A stretch of DNA of 57,970 nucleotides, from assembly GCA_900088475.1 (NCBI GenBank), contig FLMG01003693.1, positions 1-57,970 on the forward strand. The letters run 5' to 3'. Under the pieces are notes generated by a model, which searched no databases, was not told the origin of the DNA, and saw only the letters and a list, made by a program, of their open reading frames with translations. Both the position numbers and the translations under genes were made by a program. The stretch's first letter is position 1. Each line of letters opens with the position of its first letter. Shown here in pieces: positions 47,155-57,970 of this stretch. Source of the DNA: Hyphochytrium catenoides. Taxonomy: Eukaryota > Protista > Hyphochytriomycota.

Positions 47155-48870
47155 ATGGAGACGATGTCAGATGTGGAGAGAAAGCTAGAGTCTCTCTGCC
47201 GATGACAGATGAAACCTCAGTTCTTGTTTACCGCCGTAGCTTTAGTAGCTTAAAGTACCTAGCCACGTCCACTATCTCCCTCATCTTGCATCAGCCATTC
47301 CATAGGAACACGATACTTCTATGAATGCACCTATAGAGCTCTTTCATGGAAGTTATAAGGCGTAGCAGAGTTAGCTGGCCCCCAGTCTACATTGACTTTG
47401 CAGGTGATTACCCACACGTGGAAGTGAGGATGCTTTTCTTCATAAGCCCTAAATAGCTGCATCAGTGAAGGGTCTTAAGGATCGGATAGGCACTACTCTC
47501 AACATTATGCAGGACATAGACGCTGAAACTTCACACTCTACATCAAGCCCTTCACGAGAAACCGAACCGTCAGCCGGTACGAGATCATCATCCCAGATCG
47601 CAGTCTCCCAGAGCCAGCAAGGATCTATGGCTGAGGGACCTAGCATGCGGGAAACTACTTTGGAAGAACCAAGTGGTATGTCAACTAAGCGTACTGGCTC
47701 TGCGTCAGCGCAAGCTGAAAAGAGAAAAGCGTTAGAAGTGAAGAACAAACAGAAAGACATGCCCGGTGCTGTTGTGGCGTTAGGAACGCGGACCACAAAT
47801 GACGGCCATGTGACTGGGAATGCCAACGATTCCAGCACATCCAAGAATCGAAAAGAGCTCCAGAGCGAAAAAGAGCTTAACGGAGCCATTGACTTAGCAT
47901 TATCAGGGTCAGACTCGGATGAACTTTCAGGCTCTGAGACCGGTGACCAGGGTCGAAGACAAAAGGAAAAAGTGCCACTCATCCAAGAAGAAGACACCTT
48001 GGTAGCAGAAATTGGTATGGATCTCGAAGATGCTATCATTGCAAAGGCAAGTGCTGCCGAAAGAGACCAAGTACGCGATCTTGGAAGAGACCCAGANNNN
48101 NNNNNNNNNNGACACCCGATCCGGAGGTAGCGGAAACTGCCAAGGAGAAGCACAAGGCCAAGGAGGGACTTCGGCTACGTACCAAGCCTTCAGATGTTTC
48201 GGCCTCTAGTGCGCCAACAACCACTAATGTCTGCACCTGTTGTGCACTTCCCATCGGAACTGCTGACCGATTCTGGCAAGTTCCTGGCAAAGGCAAGACG
48301 CACCTAGTGCATGAAGTGTGTCTGCTGTGGACTCCCGACATACCCATTCGAGACACTGTGACTCAGTTCTTAGTGATGGAATACGCGGACGTTATTCAAG
48401 AATCTGCCAAGAGATCTCGTAGAATCAAGTGCAATCGCTGTGACACTAAAGGGGCAGGCATCGGGTGTGCGCACACCAATTGCAGGCGGTCTTTCCACTT
48501 CAGCTGTATTCAGCCAGAAGATGGGGAGCTTCTTTTCTCTCCTGACTGCGTATGCGTGAACGAGGAGATCTCTGTTCTTCGCCTTTTCTTCTGCGATAAG
48601 CACCGCGTTCTCCCAGTGAAGGAGACTGACAAAGGACCAGTGAATATTCTGGCGAACTGGAAGCGCTATTCATCAGCAATTCAGAAGAGGTTGGCGACGT
48701 ACTTCTATATCATCGAGAAGGTAAAGCAAGTCAACAAGACCTCTGGGAGAAATATTGTTGAGATTAAATGGCTCGGGTGGGAGGACTCTGAGAGCACTTG
48801 GGAAGACTACGAGTGCTTTCAGTCCAAGAAGACCTTAGAACGCTATTTGAAACGGAGTATAGGGAAGTAA
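47155..48870 (+). CDS. Extended PHD (zf-HC5HC2H) + C-terminal chromodomain protein (start uncertain; N-gap 48097-48110)
   Basis: CTCC...VHEVCLLWTPDI...IKCNRCDTKGAGIGCAHTNCRRSFHFSC...FCDKH, then FYIIEKV...IKWLGWEDSESTWEDYECF. Confidence 0.85.
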
Positions 48871-48965
48871 AGGGCTCCGCGATTCCACTCGTTATGAGTG
48901 AAGCTTTTGGTCCCTGATAACTAGGTAAAAAGAGAGCGAGAGGGAGGCTGGAATGTATGGCAGAG

Positions 48966-50960
48966 TTATGATGTTGCAGCTGCAGCCTTTGCCTCCTGAG
49001 CTGCTTTCTCGGCATCTCTCTTCTCCCTCAAGCCCTTCACACCTTTGCCCTTACCAGCTTTGGCAGCGGGAAAGCATATGATTATTGCGCTGAGATTATC
49101 TCGGCTAACGTGGACGGATCTAGTCAGTTGATACTCTAGCAATCAGGGAGCGAAAAGAGTATTCTACGCACCTGCCTAGCTCCAAACAGTGATCAATAAG
49201 CTCCTCAGCCATGAGTCCACAGTCTTCTTCACCTAATTGTAGCTGTAGAGTAGATAAATTCATGAGTATGTTGATTGCCTCGCTCCCAGCGCATTCTAAA
49301 GGCTGTCAGGCACGATATTCGCCAGCAGCTGTGGCTGTCCTAGCTAATCGCTTTCCACAAGCTTCTGACATTTCAAGTTACCCCAACATCACTTATCCAG
49401 AACTCCCTGGCTGGAAAAGAGCTGCTCTTGACGAAGACCATCTGCTAACACGCTTACTCCACTCAAGTCATGGAATCCCTGCCTTACCAGCGATCGCACA
49501 TATTGAAGCACGTCGTCACTGCTCATCACATCCCATACACCATCGCAAGCAATAACCATGAACTCCTCACTGCCATCCCTGGCCTCGACGTGAATATCCG
49601 GCTCTGCTGACACCTACAGGACAGTAAGGTAGCAGGATGAGGATAAAGGAATAAGTGAGTCATACGGTCAAAACAGGAGGTTGCGTGTCAGAGCTGGGCA
49701 CTGAAAAAAAACACTAGGCGAAGAGGTTGAAGACGCCACATACGGTACGGCGGCAGGCGTTACGCCTAAATATAGATTTATAGGGGAAAGGAAGCCTGGG
49801 AGCAGACAAGTGTTTCTGAACCCTAGCCTTGTGGACGGTAGTACCTGCTGCTCTTCTGGACGAAGATCGTCCCTGCTCTTATATATAAAGTCTCCCAAAG
49901 CTCGTGAGACCTAGTTTCAGGGAATATCAGCTATGAATGGGAACAAAGGCACTGATAGGCATGCAGTGCGCAGAAATTCTCTCCATACCGCAAGATCTCC
50001 ATTTACTCGTTTGTTCTGAACCGCGCCTCCAGCTTTTTCAATTCTAGCTTGCTCTCTTTTCTGTGACGTGGAGAACGCCCAAGCTGAGTCAGCAGCCTTT
50101 CTTGATGCAAGAAAAGAGTGGTAGAGCGAACCGTTAGGAGCCCAAGGACTTACATCATAAGGCTTGTGATCCCATGACAAGGATACGGTCTTTCCTCCTT
50201 TTGCCAGAACAGCTCTGGAGTCGCCTGAAGGTAACAGCGGCGTAGCAGAGCTGAGAGCCCAGGACGGCTGAGGAATTTTCAGAGGCTAACCTGTGTTTGC
50301 CACAATAATGTAGCTCTCAGATACTAATGCAGAGATAGCTGTTGAGCCGCTGTGGTCTTGTCCCGATTCAACGCCTGGGAGCTTGCGCATGTCGTCGTCC
50401 AGCTTGAGATATGCCTCCCGTAATGCTCTTCCCAGCGCTTCAGGAGTCTGATGAAAGAAAAATCCTCATTTTCAGTAGCCGAACACTCCTAAGTTTAGCG
50501 TTAGAGTAGCAAGTGGGCACACCATCTGGCTCGCTTGGTCCTCATGTTCTGTCAGAAGCCTGCCTATCAGGTTTTCGCCACTATAAAGGAGAGCTGACGT
50601 GAGTTCTTCAGAGTCCTAGGATGTCGCGCCACGCCAAGCCAAAACGAGCGTGGGGGATAGGGCTATGTTCCCCATGCTTACCTATACTTTGCAACTAAGC
50701 TTCCAGCATGCCCATCAAAAACTGCAAAGAAAGCGTGTCCAGCAAGGCTGGGAATGTCTGTCACGATCGAGTGTGCATCCTGAGGCATGTCCAGGAATAC
50801 CCGTCAGCTCTAGATACAATGCACTGCTACCTACATCTGCCGAACTCACCTCCATATCGCATCGCCAGCCCTGCATGCTTGAGACGCCATAGCGCAGTCC
50901 GTGAGCAGCATCACTACCGCTGCTCTTTGTGGTGATGGGCTGATCAAGAAAGTTGCCCAT
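48966..50960 (-). CDS. Protein phosphatase 2C (PPM1A/B-like, N-myristoylated), intron-rich
   Basis: MGNFLDQPIT, SSMQGWRCDME, FAVFDGHAG, SGSTA, VANTGDSRAVL, DHKP, RVNGDLAVSRALGDF, VSAEPD, IACDGVWDV, SRDNLS. Confidence 0.95.
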
Positions 50961-51560
50961 CGCTTCTCGGACTCAAGCAACCTTCGGAACCTAATGCAGT
51001 GTAAGGTAGCAGTCGCCCTACCTGCTGCCTGATACAACGATAACAAGCCCTAGAAGCAACGAGATCTCAAGAGCGGGCTTCTCCTAGCAATTCAAAGGCG
51101 TAGCAAAGGGTAACACAGCTCGTGAACCTAGCAGCAGGAAGTCTGAGCTGATGGCAGGACACTTGGTGCTGGCCGATGAGGCAAACATCACCTCACCTCA
51201 GGCAGTCATCAGAGGCCGATCACAGGGAGGAAGACAAGGCAAAAAGACACAAAAAGGAGAGAAAAAGGATGAGAACTCTGCCGGCGTCCTGGATCTGGAT
51301 AAGCACTCTATCCCTAAGCCTTATCAGTAATAAGCTCATTCGGATTCATAACCCAAAGAATAGCTTTTTGCACTTTTGCACTTTCCATCCGCGCTGTTTT
51401 TGTTGTTGGTCCAACGAGCAGCGGCGGTCAAAGAGACGGTCAGGTCACAGCGATGAGAGAGACAGAGATACGGCGCTCGCAAGGTGCTGCCATCAAGCAT
51501 CATCCTAGGAGGGCGAGATCTCATTTGAGAGCAGCATGAGGGAAAGGGCTGGGCCATTGA

Positions 51561-51947
51561 GGCCATGCCATCAGCTTCTAGGGCTGTGTACCAGTAACTT
51601 CAGGGCCATTGCTATTTAGCGTCTAGCCATTTCATACGTCTGAGCCATGCCAGGAAGTCGGTGGCATTCGATCCGCTTCAGGCCACGCTGTCAGCCTCAG
51701 CTCCATGCCATGAGCTTGAAGGCGAGGGCATGAGCGTCAGGCAGTTGTCATGGGTACAGTGCCAAACCACTTCAGAGGCACAATATGAGCATCGGGGCCC
51801 ACATTCAGCGCCGCGGTAGAGCTTCCAGGCTATGCCTGAGTGTTACAGCCACGCTATGAGCTTCGGGGCGAGGCGATGAGTTTTAAGGGCCGCATTGCCA
51901 TGAGCTTTAGGGTCATGCCGGAGAGCTCCAATACTATGCTATGAGCG
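51561..51947. repeat. Degenerate tandem array, about 19 units of ~20 bp, consensus approx. GGCCATGCYATGAGCTTCA
   Basis: Units include GGCCATGCCATCAGCTTCTA, CCATGCCATGAGCTTGAA, GCCACGCTATGAGCTTCGG and TTGCCATGAGCTTTAG. Unit length is variable and no long ORF spans the array. Confidence 0.8.
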
Positions 51948-52271
51948 GGATGACCGTATTGCTATTTATCTTGGACGACACCAATATTGAATAGCGACGA
52001 CCTGTTAGACGTAACCAGCGGTAGGCTAAGTTATGATAAAGATGCATGTCATTATCTGATACTCCCATCATCTATCTTCAGTAGTAAGACAATCGGGAGC
52101 ACCTCCAGCCACGGCATTCCGTGACTGCGCGCAGTGCAACAGGTTGAGGAGCTCGGTAGCACCCGACAAAAGCAAATAAATAGGTGGTTGTGGGTTGGTG
52201 TGCACTGCAATGACGCAGTGTCTGTGGCTTCTCTCTCTTTCTACGGCCTATCCCTCTTTTCCTCTTATCGG

Positions 52272-55200
52272 CTATAGCTTGGGAGCAACAATTGGCTTCT
52301 CTCCGTTGGCCAGCTGCTGTGCAAGGGCAATCTTGTTTACGGCGTCGTCCAACTCAGACACCTTGTCTTTGATCTGTCCGATTAGCGTGTATCCTCGTGC
52401 CTCTGCCTGCTTCCACGTCAGATGATTCCGACGTACATTGTGGAGCATCCCTGTGGCAAAAGTGGATCCCTCTACGAAAATCACCTCGCCCACCACGTTG
52501 TAGAACGGCAGCACGATGAACTCGAAGAAGCCAATTTGGTTCTGTTGAGAGGCGGTACCANNNNNNNNNNNNNNNNGGCGATACGGGCAGGCCTTGTGCC
52601 TTCTCTTCGTCACCTATCAACGGAAGTTGGACGATGACACAGAACTTTAGAACCTTAACGTCGGCGACGGGCATGGAGGACTATAGAGGTAGTAGAAGGA
52701 GAGAGCTCTAGCCTTTCCTTTCACATGAAATGGCAGGCCAAAGACCACCAGGAGGCGAAAGTAAAACGTGAACTGAGCCACGAAAGAGAGAGGACATGAA
52801 GATAGAGAAACGAAAGATACTTCCAGGAGCAAGATAGCCCTTTATCAGGAAGTGCCTAACCATAATTTGACAAGGGCACGCGGGCAGAACGCATAATGAA
52901 AGAGTTATCAGTGTGATACCTTGCTGGAAGAATTCCTCAATAATCGCTGAGGACCACTTAACGTGCAACGCAAGAGTCTTGGCGGAGTGCCCGATGTCAC
53001 AGAGCTTGATGACAACCTTCATCAGCAACATTGGGTCATTGACAATCTCTTCTTTGTGGTCTGACACCGCGAGGGTCTTCAGGTTGGTGATTACTTCCAA
53101 GTGTATCGAGAGATCCGTAGCAAGCACCATCTCAATGATGGCTTTCCGCACTTGGATGTACTGCTTGTCGTTGAGCCCAGAAAAGATGTTGCAGTTCTTT
53201 CTTCGAGAGACAAAGAACGCTTCAGCCACATGCATTCTTTCGAGCACGGCCGTATCGCTATACCGAATCGCCAAATCATGCTTCACTTTGACAAGAAAGA
53301 TGTTAGTCTTTCCCGGGTGTTGATAGTCATGGACAGCGCCTGCAATCACGGAAGCGAAAAACTCCTCCTGAGTCAGCAATTTCGCCATTTTCCCATCATT
53401 GAGCGTTGTGAAAGAGTACTCCATAGAGTTGACGACATCGGCAGCGTGGCAGGCATTATGGTAAGGATTGTTCTGATAGCCAACATCAATGGTATGGAGG
53501 AAGTTTGTGAGAAAGACTTTGTCCACGTTGACACCCTGACACAGATCATGCTTCTCAAAAACCGCCAGAGTGACGTAGAAGAGAGGACGGTGAGTCTGTT
53601 CCGCTAGCTCCAGCATGTCCGTGTTGAACGAGTTCTTCTCCATCTGTTCCATCACATATTCGAGCAGAGTAGGGTTATGAGGTTCAACTCCTGGTTCCAG
53701 TCTCTCATTAGAAATGGGGTGCGCTGCAAGGCTGTCACCACTGTCACTGGCACTGTTCTCATGGATACTTTTAATGTTCCAGTTGGAACGCCTGCTCAGA
53801 AGAATACGTGGCGTCAATGAGGTGATATGTGGAGAGAGGATAGCTGGACTTAGCAAGCGTGCCATCTCCTCCAAGGCTATAAAACTACACGACCTAATGA
53901 ACTGAGAGGTAGAGCCACATCCTCCCTTGATGTTGAAACGTGATGGAGAGCTTCCTTACCTGCTGCGACGATATCTCGAGCTTGATAAAACATCCACGGC
54001 CCAGTTCTTTGTGTCTTTATCAAGTTCGCTGCCACTTGTCTCACTGTCCGGAGCGACAGGAATGGTAGGTCAATAATTGAGCACAACCGGACGAAAGAGC
54101 GTTGTAGACGGCAGTTGAGGCAAGGCGCAGATCAAAGGACCGACTGTCAAAGAGGAAATAGAGTGAAGCCAAATGCTTATCCGTACTTTAGCCGGACCCT
54201 AATATCCGGGGTAAAGAGACTGTCCTTTCGCAGGCCGAGTTGCAAGAATATCTGCTGAACTTTATGGGATACATCAACCGGTATGTCTGACCGGCTGAAG
54301 ATCGCCTTCAAGTCGGTAAGGATTTTGGTCATGGGAGACTCCAGATCCACCTAATGTGCCGGTGAACGGAAAAATGAGTATAAAAACAGCTCAATGGTGG
54401 TCATCGAGGTCAGACAATCAAAGTGAAAAAGCGGAGTGAAAGCAAGGCCCCATCGCGAAGGCAAGGAATGTATCAGAACTGACCGCTGTAGAAGACGAGA
54501 GCAGAAAGATTAAGAGCGGCGTAAAAAGGAGAAGACTAGATCACACTGGGCCTGCTAAGGACCAAAGATCGGAAGACGGAGAAGACTCGATGCCCTCATG
54601 TATCAGCATACCTTGCTCATCTCCGTATTGAGTATCTTCTTCAGGGATGCATTTTCAGTAGCGATAGCATTTTTCTCGTTTATTGCAACCTGCACTTCCT
54701 TCTCCACCGACCGAACCTGCAGGAACTCGAGACGCTCAAACCTGAAAAGGAAGAAAAGAAGCGAAGCCATGTCAGTCACAGAATGCCAAACCCTGGACAA
54801 CAACTTCTCGGCAAGGCTACTGCAGGGATAGCTCTCTTAAGATCTTCGATGGAGCTGACAAGAGAGGAAAGGAGATAGAAAGCCAGCTTTGGGAGTAGGA
54901 ACACGAAGATGTATAATTGAACTCTTCTGTCATACCTCTCCATTGCATAAACTTGAACTGTCATAAAGACTGAGATTATAGGCACTAGTAGGACTACCGC
55001 GATCTTGTAGGGCAACACACTGCGGGAGGTGTCCGGCGCCACAACGAAGAAAACGACGATGGTGAAGAGGAAGTTGATGATAAGCGCGCACTGGACATAG
55101 TTCACAAAGTGGAACCGCATCATCGGTGCCACTGTGAGAAGAACTAACGGTCGGACTACGCTGAAGTCCAAATTGATAACAGGGAGGAAGTCTGTGGATC

Positions 55201-56106
55201 TTCATTAGATACCGCTGAAGTAGAGGTTAGCAGGGCAACGAGGAGGAAGACAGTGGGAGTATAAACAAGCTTCCTGAAAGCAGAGAGTACATCCAGAAAA
55301 AGAGAAGTGAAAGGAATAGAGGTCAGTGCGGCTTCCAGGTTACCGCCATCCAGAGTCAGCGTTTCAAAGAAGCAATGCAGGTACTCCCAAAAAACTGAAG
55401 GGGAAGACATCAAGCCCTTAGAAGCGAAGGATGACACCTAACCTTCTGTAAGAAACTCAGAAAGCACGGCTTGCACCGGACCGCTCACGCTTTCCTCCTC
55501 CCATACCCCTTTGGCATAGCTTTGCATCTTCTCCAGCACGACGGGGCTCCCTCCCTCACCACTTTCTCCAAAGATGACATCCAACGCCCTCTCCAGTCTC
55601 GTATTTCTCGACTGGAAGGTACTGCCACAACTCCCAACGAGAAACGAAAGAGAGAAAAAGAACACGATCATGGTGAGGCAGTCCTGCATCCTTGCAGGGA
55701 ATTTCCGGAAAATGTAGACGAGGAATGGAATGGGAATGATGCTGATGAACATCAAAGGCCCATATCCCTTCGGGAGCGAACTGCCGTCAAACTGCCAGAA
55801 AGGGATGATGAAAAGGAGATAGAGGAACAGGAAGACAAGCACCAGCCGAGTCACGGTAGACATGTGTGAGTCGGCGTGGGCTCGCTGAAATTCTAGCTCT
55901 AGAGCCACATTATTAGCAAATCTGTTAGTTCGCCAGTCAAAGGACGTATGTCGGTAATCGAACATATGGCTCTCTCCACCCTTGCCCCGGTACGGGAGCT
56001 GGTAAAGTGCAGCAATGCTGTTGGACCGACCGGCCCGATTTTGAGTTGCAGGAGCGATTTTTGGCTCGTTCATGGGAGTGATAATGTTAGAGAGAAGCGT
56101 TGCCAT
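52272..56106 (-). CDS. Class I 3',5'-cyclic nucleotide phosphodiesterase with multi-pass N-terminal membrane region
   Basis: NPYHNACHAADV, HDYQHPGKTN, YSDTAVLERMH, VLATD, IKLCDIGH, EEFFQQGDEEK, QIGFFEFIVLPF. Upstream exons encode about 6 hydrophobic helices and a coiled coil. N-gap at 52561-52576. Confidence 0.93.
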
Positions 56107-57088
56107 GGCCACTCGTGTCCAGGTGTAACCTGTGAGTCTTTTTTGGGTACAAAGGCCTCTGCTTTACCTTTGAGAGGAGAGACCCCAAAGTGTCCACTAT
56201 GTGTCTAAGTAGAATGATTTATGGAGAAGAGGGTTTTGCCAGTTTCCTCGGTCTACCAAGACTACAGGCCATCGTAGCGCCGATGGAGGGAAAGAACCGA
56301 GAGAGAGAACATGTGGGCAAAAGAGACTTATAGAAGACTTTACAATGCAGCAGATCCCATGGCTGCCCCTATCAGCCGAAAGATGATGAAGGTCTCTGGG
56401 CCTGTCGGCACAAGAGTAAGGCAGGAGAGAAGGAGAGAAAGAGACCAGAACTAGTAGAGGTTGCGCCCGGAACAAGAGCTGCATTCATTGCCCTACAGTC
56501 AGCATTCCCTTCCCTTGAAGATGTAACTTCTGCGCTAGAGGAAGTGCAATAGGGCCCGAGCGCTTCGGTCACGGTCAAAGCTTCAAGAGTGCAAAAACGA
56601 CGGAGCAGCAAACGCAGAGATGATTCTACAGGAGTACGGCAGCGTGAAAGAAGGGAAACTGTAGACACCAGAGAAAGGTATAGCTTGAAGTAGACAGGAA
56701 GAGGGAAGATAGTAGCGGGACAAAGAGTGAGAGACATGAAGAATGCGGTTGTTACAGATCTATAAGAGCAAGAAAGAGTGTCGGAAGCGAGAGACAGAAA
56801 GGCGAGATATATAGAATTAGACAGTCTCTGTGCTCTGTCAGCTCTTGAAGAGCTTGCCGTCTAGCAGACAGACAGGCAGGCCGCTCTGTGGCCTGTCCAA
56901 GGCGTCAAAAGAGCGAGAGGAAATTGTCGTTACTATCTGGGGAAATACGATCGGGAAAGAGCCTTGAACGGGCTAGACGAAGGGTTCTCCAGTAAAGGCG
57001 GTATATGATCAGGTAGTAGCATTTCAAACAACTGTATATACGTAAGGCTCATGGTCTATGTTTAGATGAGCGTTTCTACACACTTAGT

Positions 57089-57970
57089 TCACGGCGGCTT
57101 ATTATTAGAGTTGCCTGCATGATGGGAAAGTGAATCACTTGAAACGTCCGTAAACTTCACAAAGAAAGCTTCCGAAAACAATGGATCTGTAATATAGCAC
57201 ATCATGGGGAACAGTCCCGTTTGGCGCGAATCTTTCCAAAGGTTATTTTCGATACATGGAAGCCATAGGTGAACATTTGGGACTAAAAGTTCAGTGAAGG
57301 ATTCAGACATGGAAGTGGAGTGGGTTTGTGAAGTTTATGGATTCAGAATCCAGCCGAGAAGTGAACGGTGAGTGCCATTTATCGCTAATAAATAAAGGAG
57401 GCAGTTGGTGGGTCGTGGTATGAAGATCAAAGAAAGACTAGGAAGTGGTGCACCTAAGGCTTAATCGTGTCTAGGTTTTTTTTAGCCACTCTTTATATTA
57501 TAAAATTTACGTGTAAATGCATCAATGTCTTCTTGCGTGCTGGATGTAAAAACAGTAGTAGTACGTAGCGAAATCCATCCTCATATTATTATCCTCGTTT
57601 GTCAGTTTTTTCCGCGATTGCGACTTCAAAATTGCGCTCATCAATGTAGTTCTCGATGATGGACACCTGGCCCGCATTTATCTGAATTCATAACATCAAG
57701 GGTGTTCCATAACTGATCTCGTCGCTTCTGACAACGGGAATAGAGGTGGTCACCTTTTGAAACTCGGCGATGTGTGTATTTCTTGAAAAACCGTGGTGAG
57801 CATGATGATGATTATTAGTAGGACGTTGCTTCATCAGCATTTATAATAATGCTTTGGTGAAACATCTCCATCTTGTCATCCAACGACACTTCCGTCCAGA
57901 AATCTTCAAAGTCATACGATGCATCGATCCTGTTCTTCTTCAAGGCAATCATGCGAGCCACTCTTGCTTG
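57089..57970 (-). mobile_element. Decayed pogo/Tc1-mariner-superfamily DDE transposase relic (runs off the window end)
   Basis: Minus strand: FWTEV...SIIINADEATSY** (resembles the pogo I-N-A-D-E-T motif). Frameshifted remnants follow in the expected order: TSIPVVRSD, LIFIPRPTNCLL, WKDSRQTGLFP. Multiple stops; AT-richer than the genes. Confidence 0.55.

Noticed and set aside
51561-51947. CRISPR-like interpretation of the tandem array
   Set aside because: No invariant repeats with unique spacers, no cas genes, and the context is eukaryotic.
1-57970. Alternative genetic code or stop-codon reassignment
   Set aside because: ORF fragmentation is explained by GT-AG introns. TAA, TAG and TGA each terminate conserved genes (Hsp90, CDA/SDF2, PC4).

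Overview
Gene-dense eukaryotic nuclear DNA with short GT-AG introns (mostly about 50-170 nt, CTRAC-type branch points). It is most likely from a stramenopile: Hsp90 begins [20 protein letters not shown] and one secreted protein carries an oomycete-like Cys module. About 25 protein genes can be reconstructed by hand. Recognisable ones are SDF2, LYRM2-like, AVEN/RIPR-like, PIMT, Hsp90, a TOM1-like membrane protein, cytidine deaminase, a SETD3/LSMT-like methyltransferase, a MEF2 MADS factor, PC4, PRKRIP1, an ePHD-chromodomain protein, PP2C and a membrane-anchored class I phosphodiesterase. A decayed pogo-like transposase sits at the right edge. The most unusual elements are: (i) a head-to-head pair of intronless, bacterial-looking genes (a TolB-like propeller with a hydrophobic tail, and a secreted GH-like enzyme grafted onto a eukaryotic Cys-rich leader), a candidate HGT-derived surface glycan system; (ii) an AVEN/RIPR-like gene invisible in the ORF track; (iii) F-box+XPA-like and signal peptide+GCK architectures; (iv) two long imperfect intergenic inverted repeats and a degenerate ~20-bp tandem array sharing a TGA(G/C)CTTCA core. 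All gene models are manual and exon boundaries are approximate. Three N-gaps fall inside genes.
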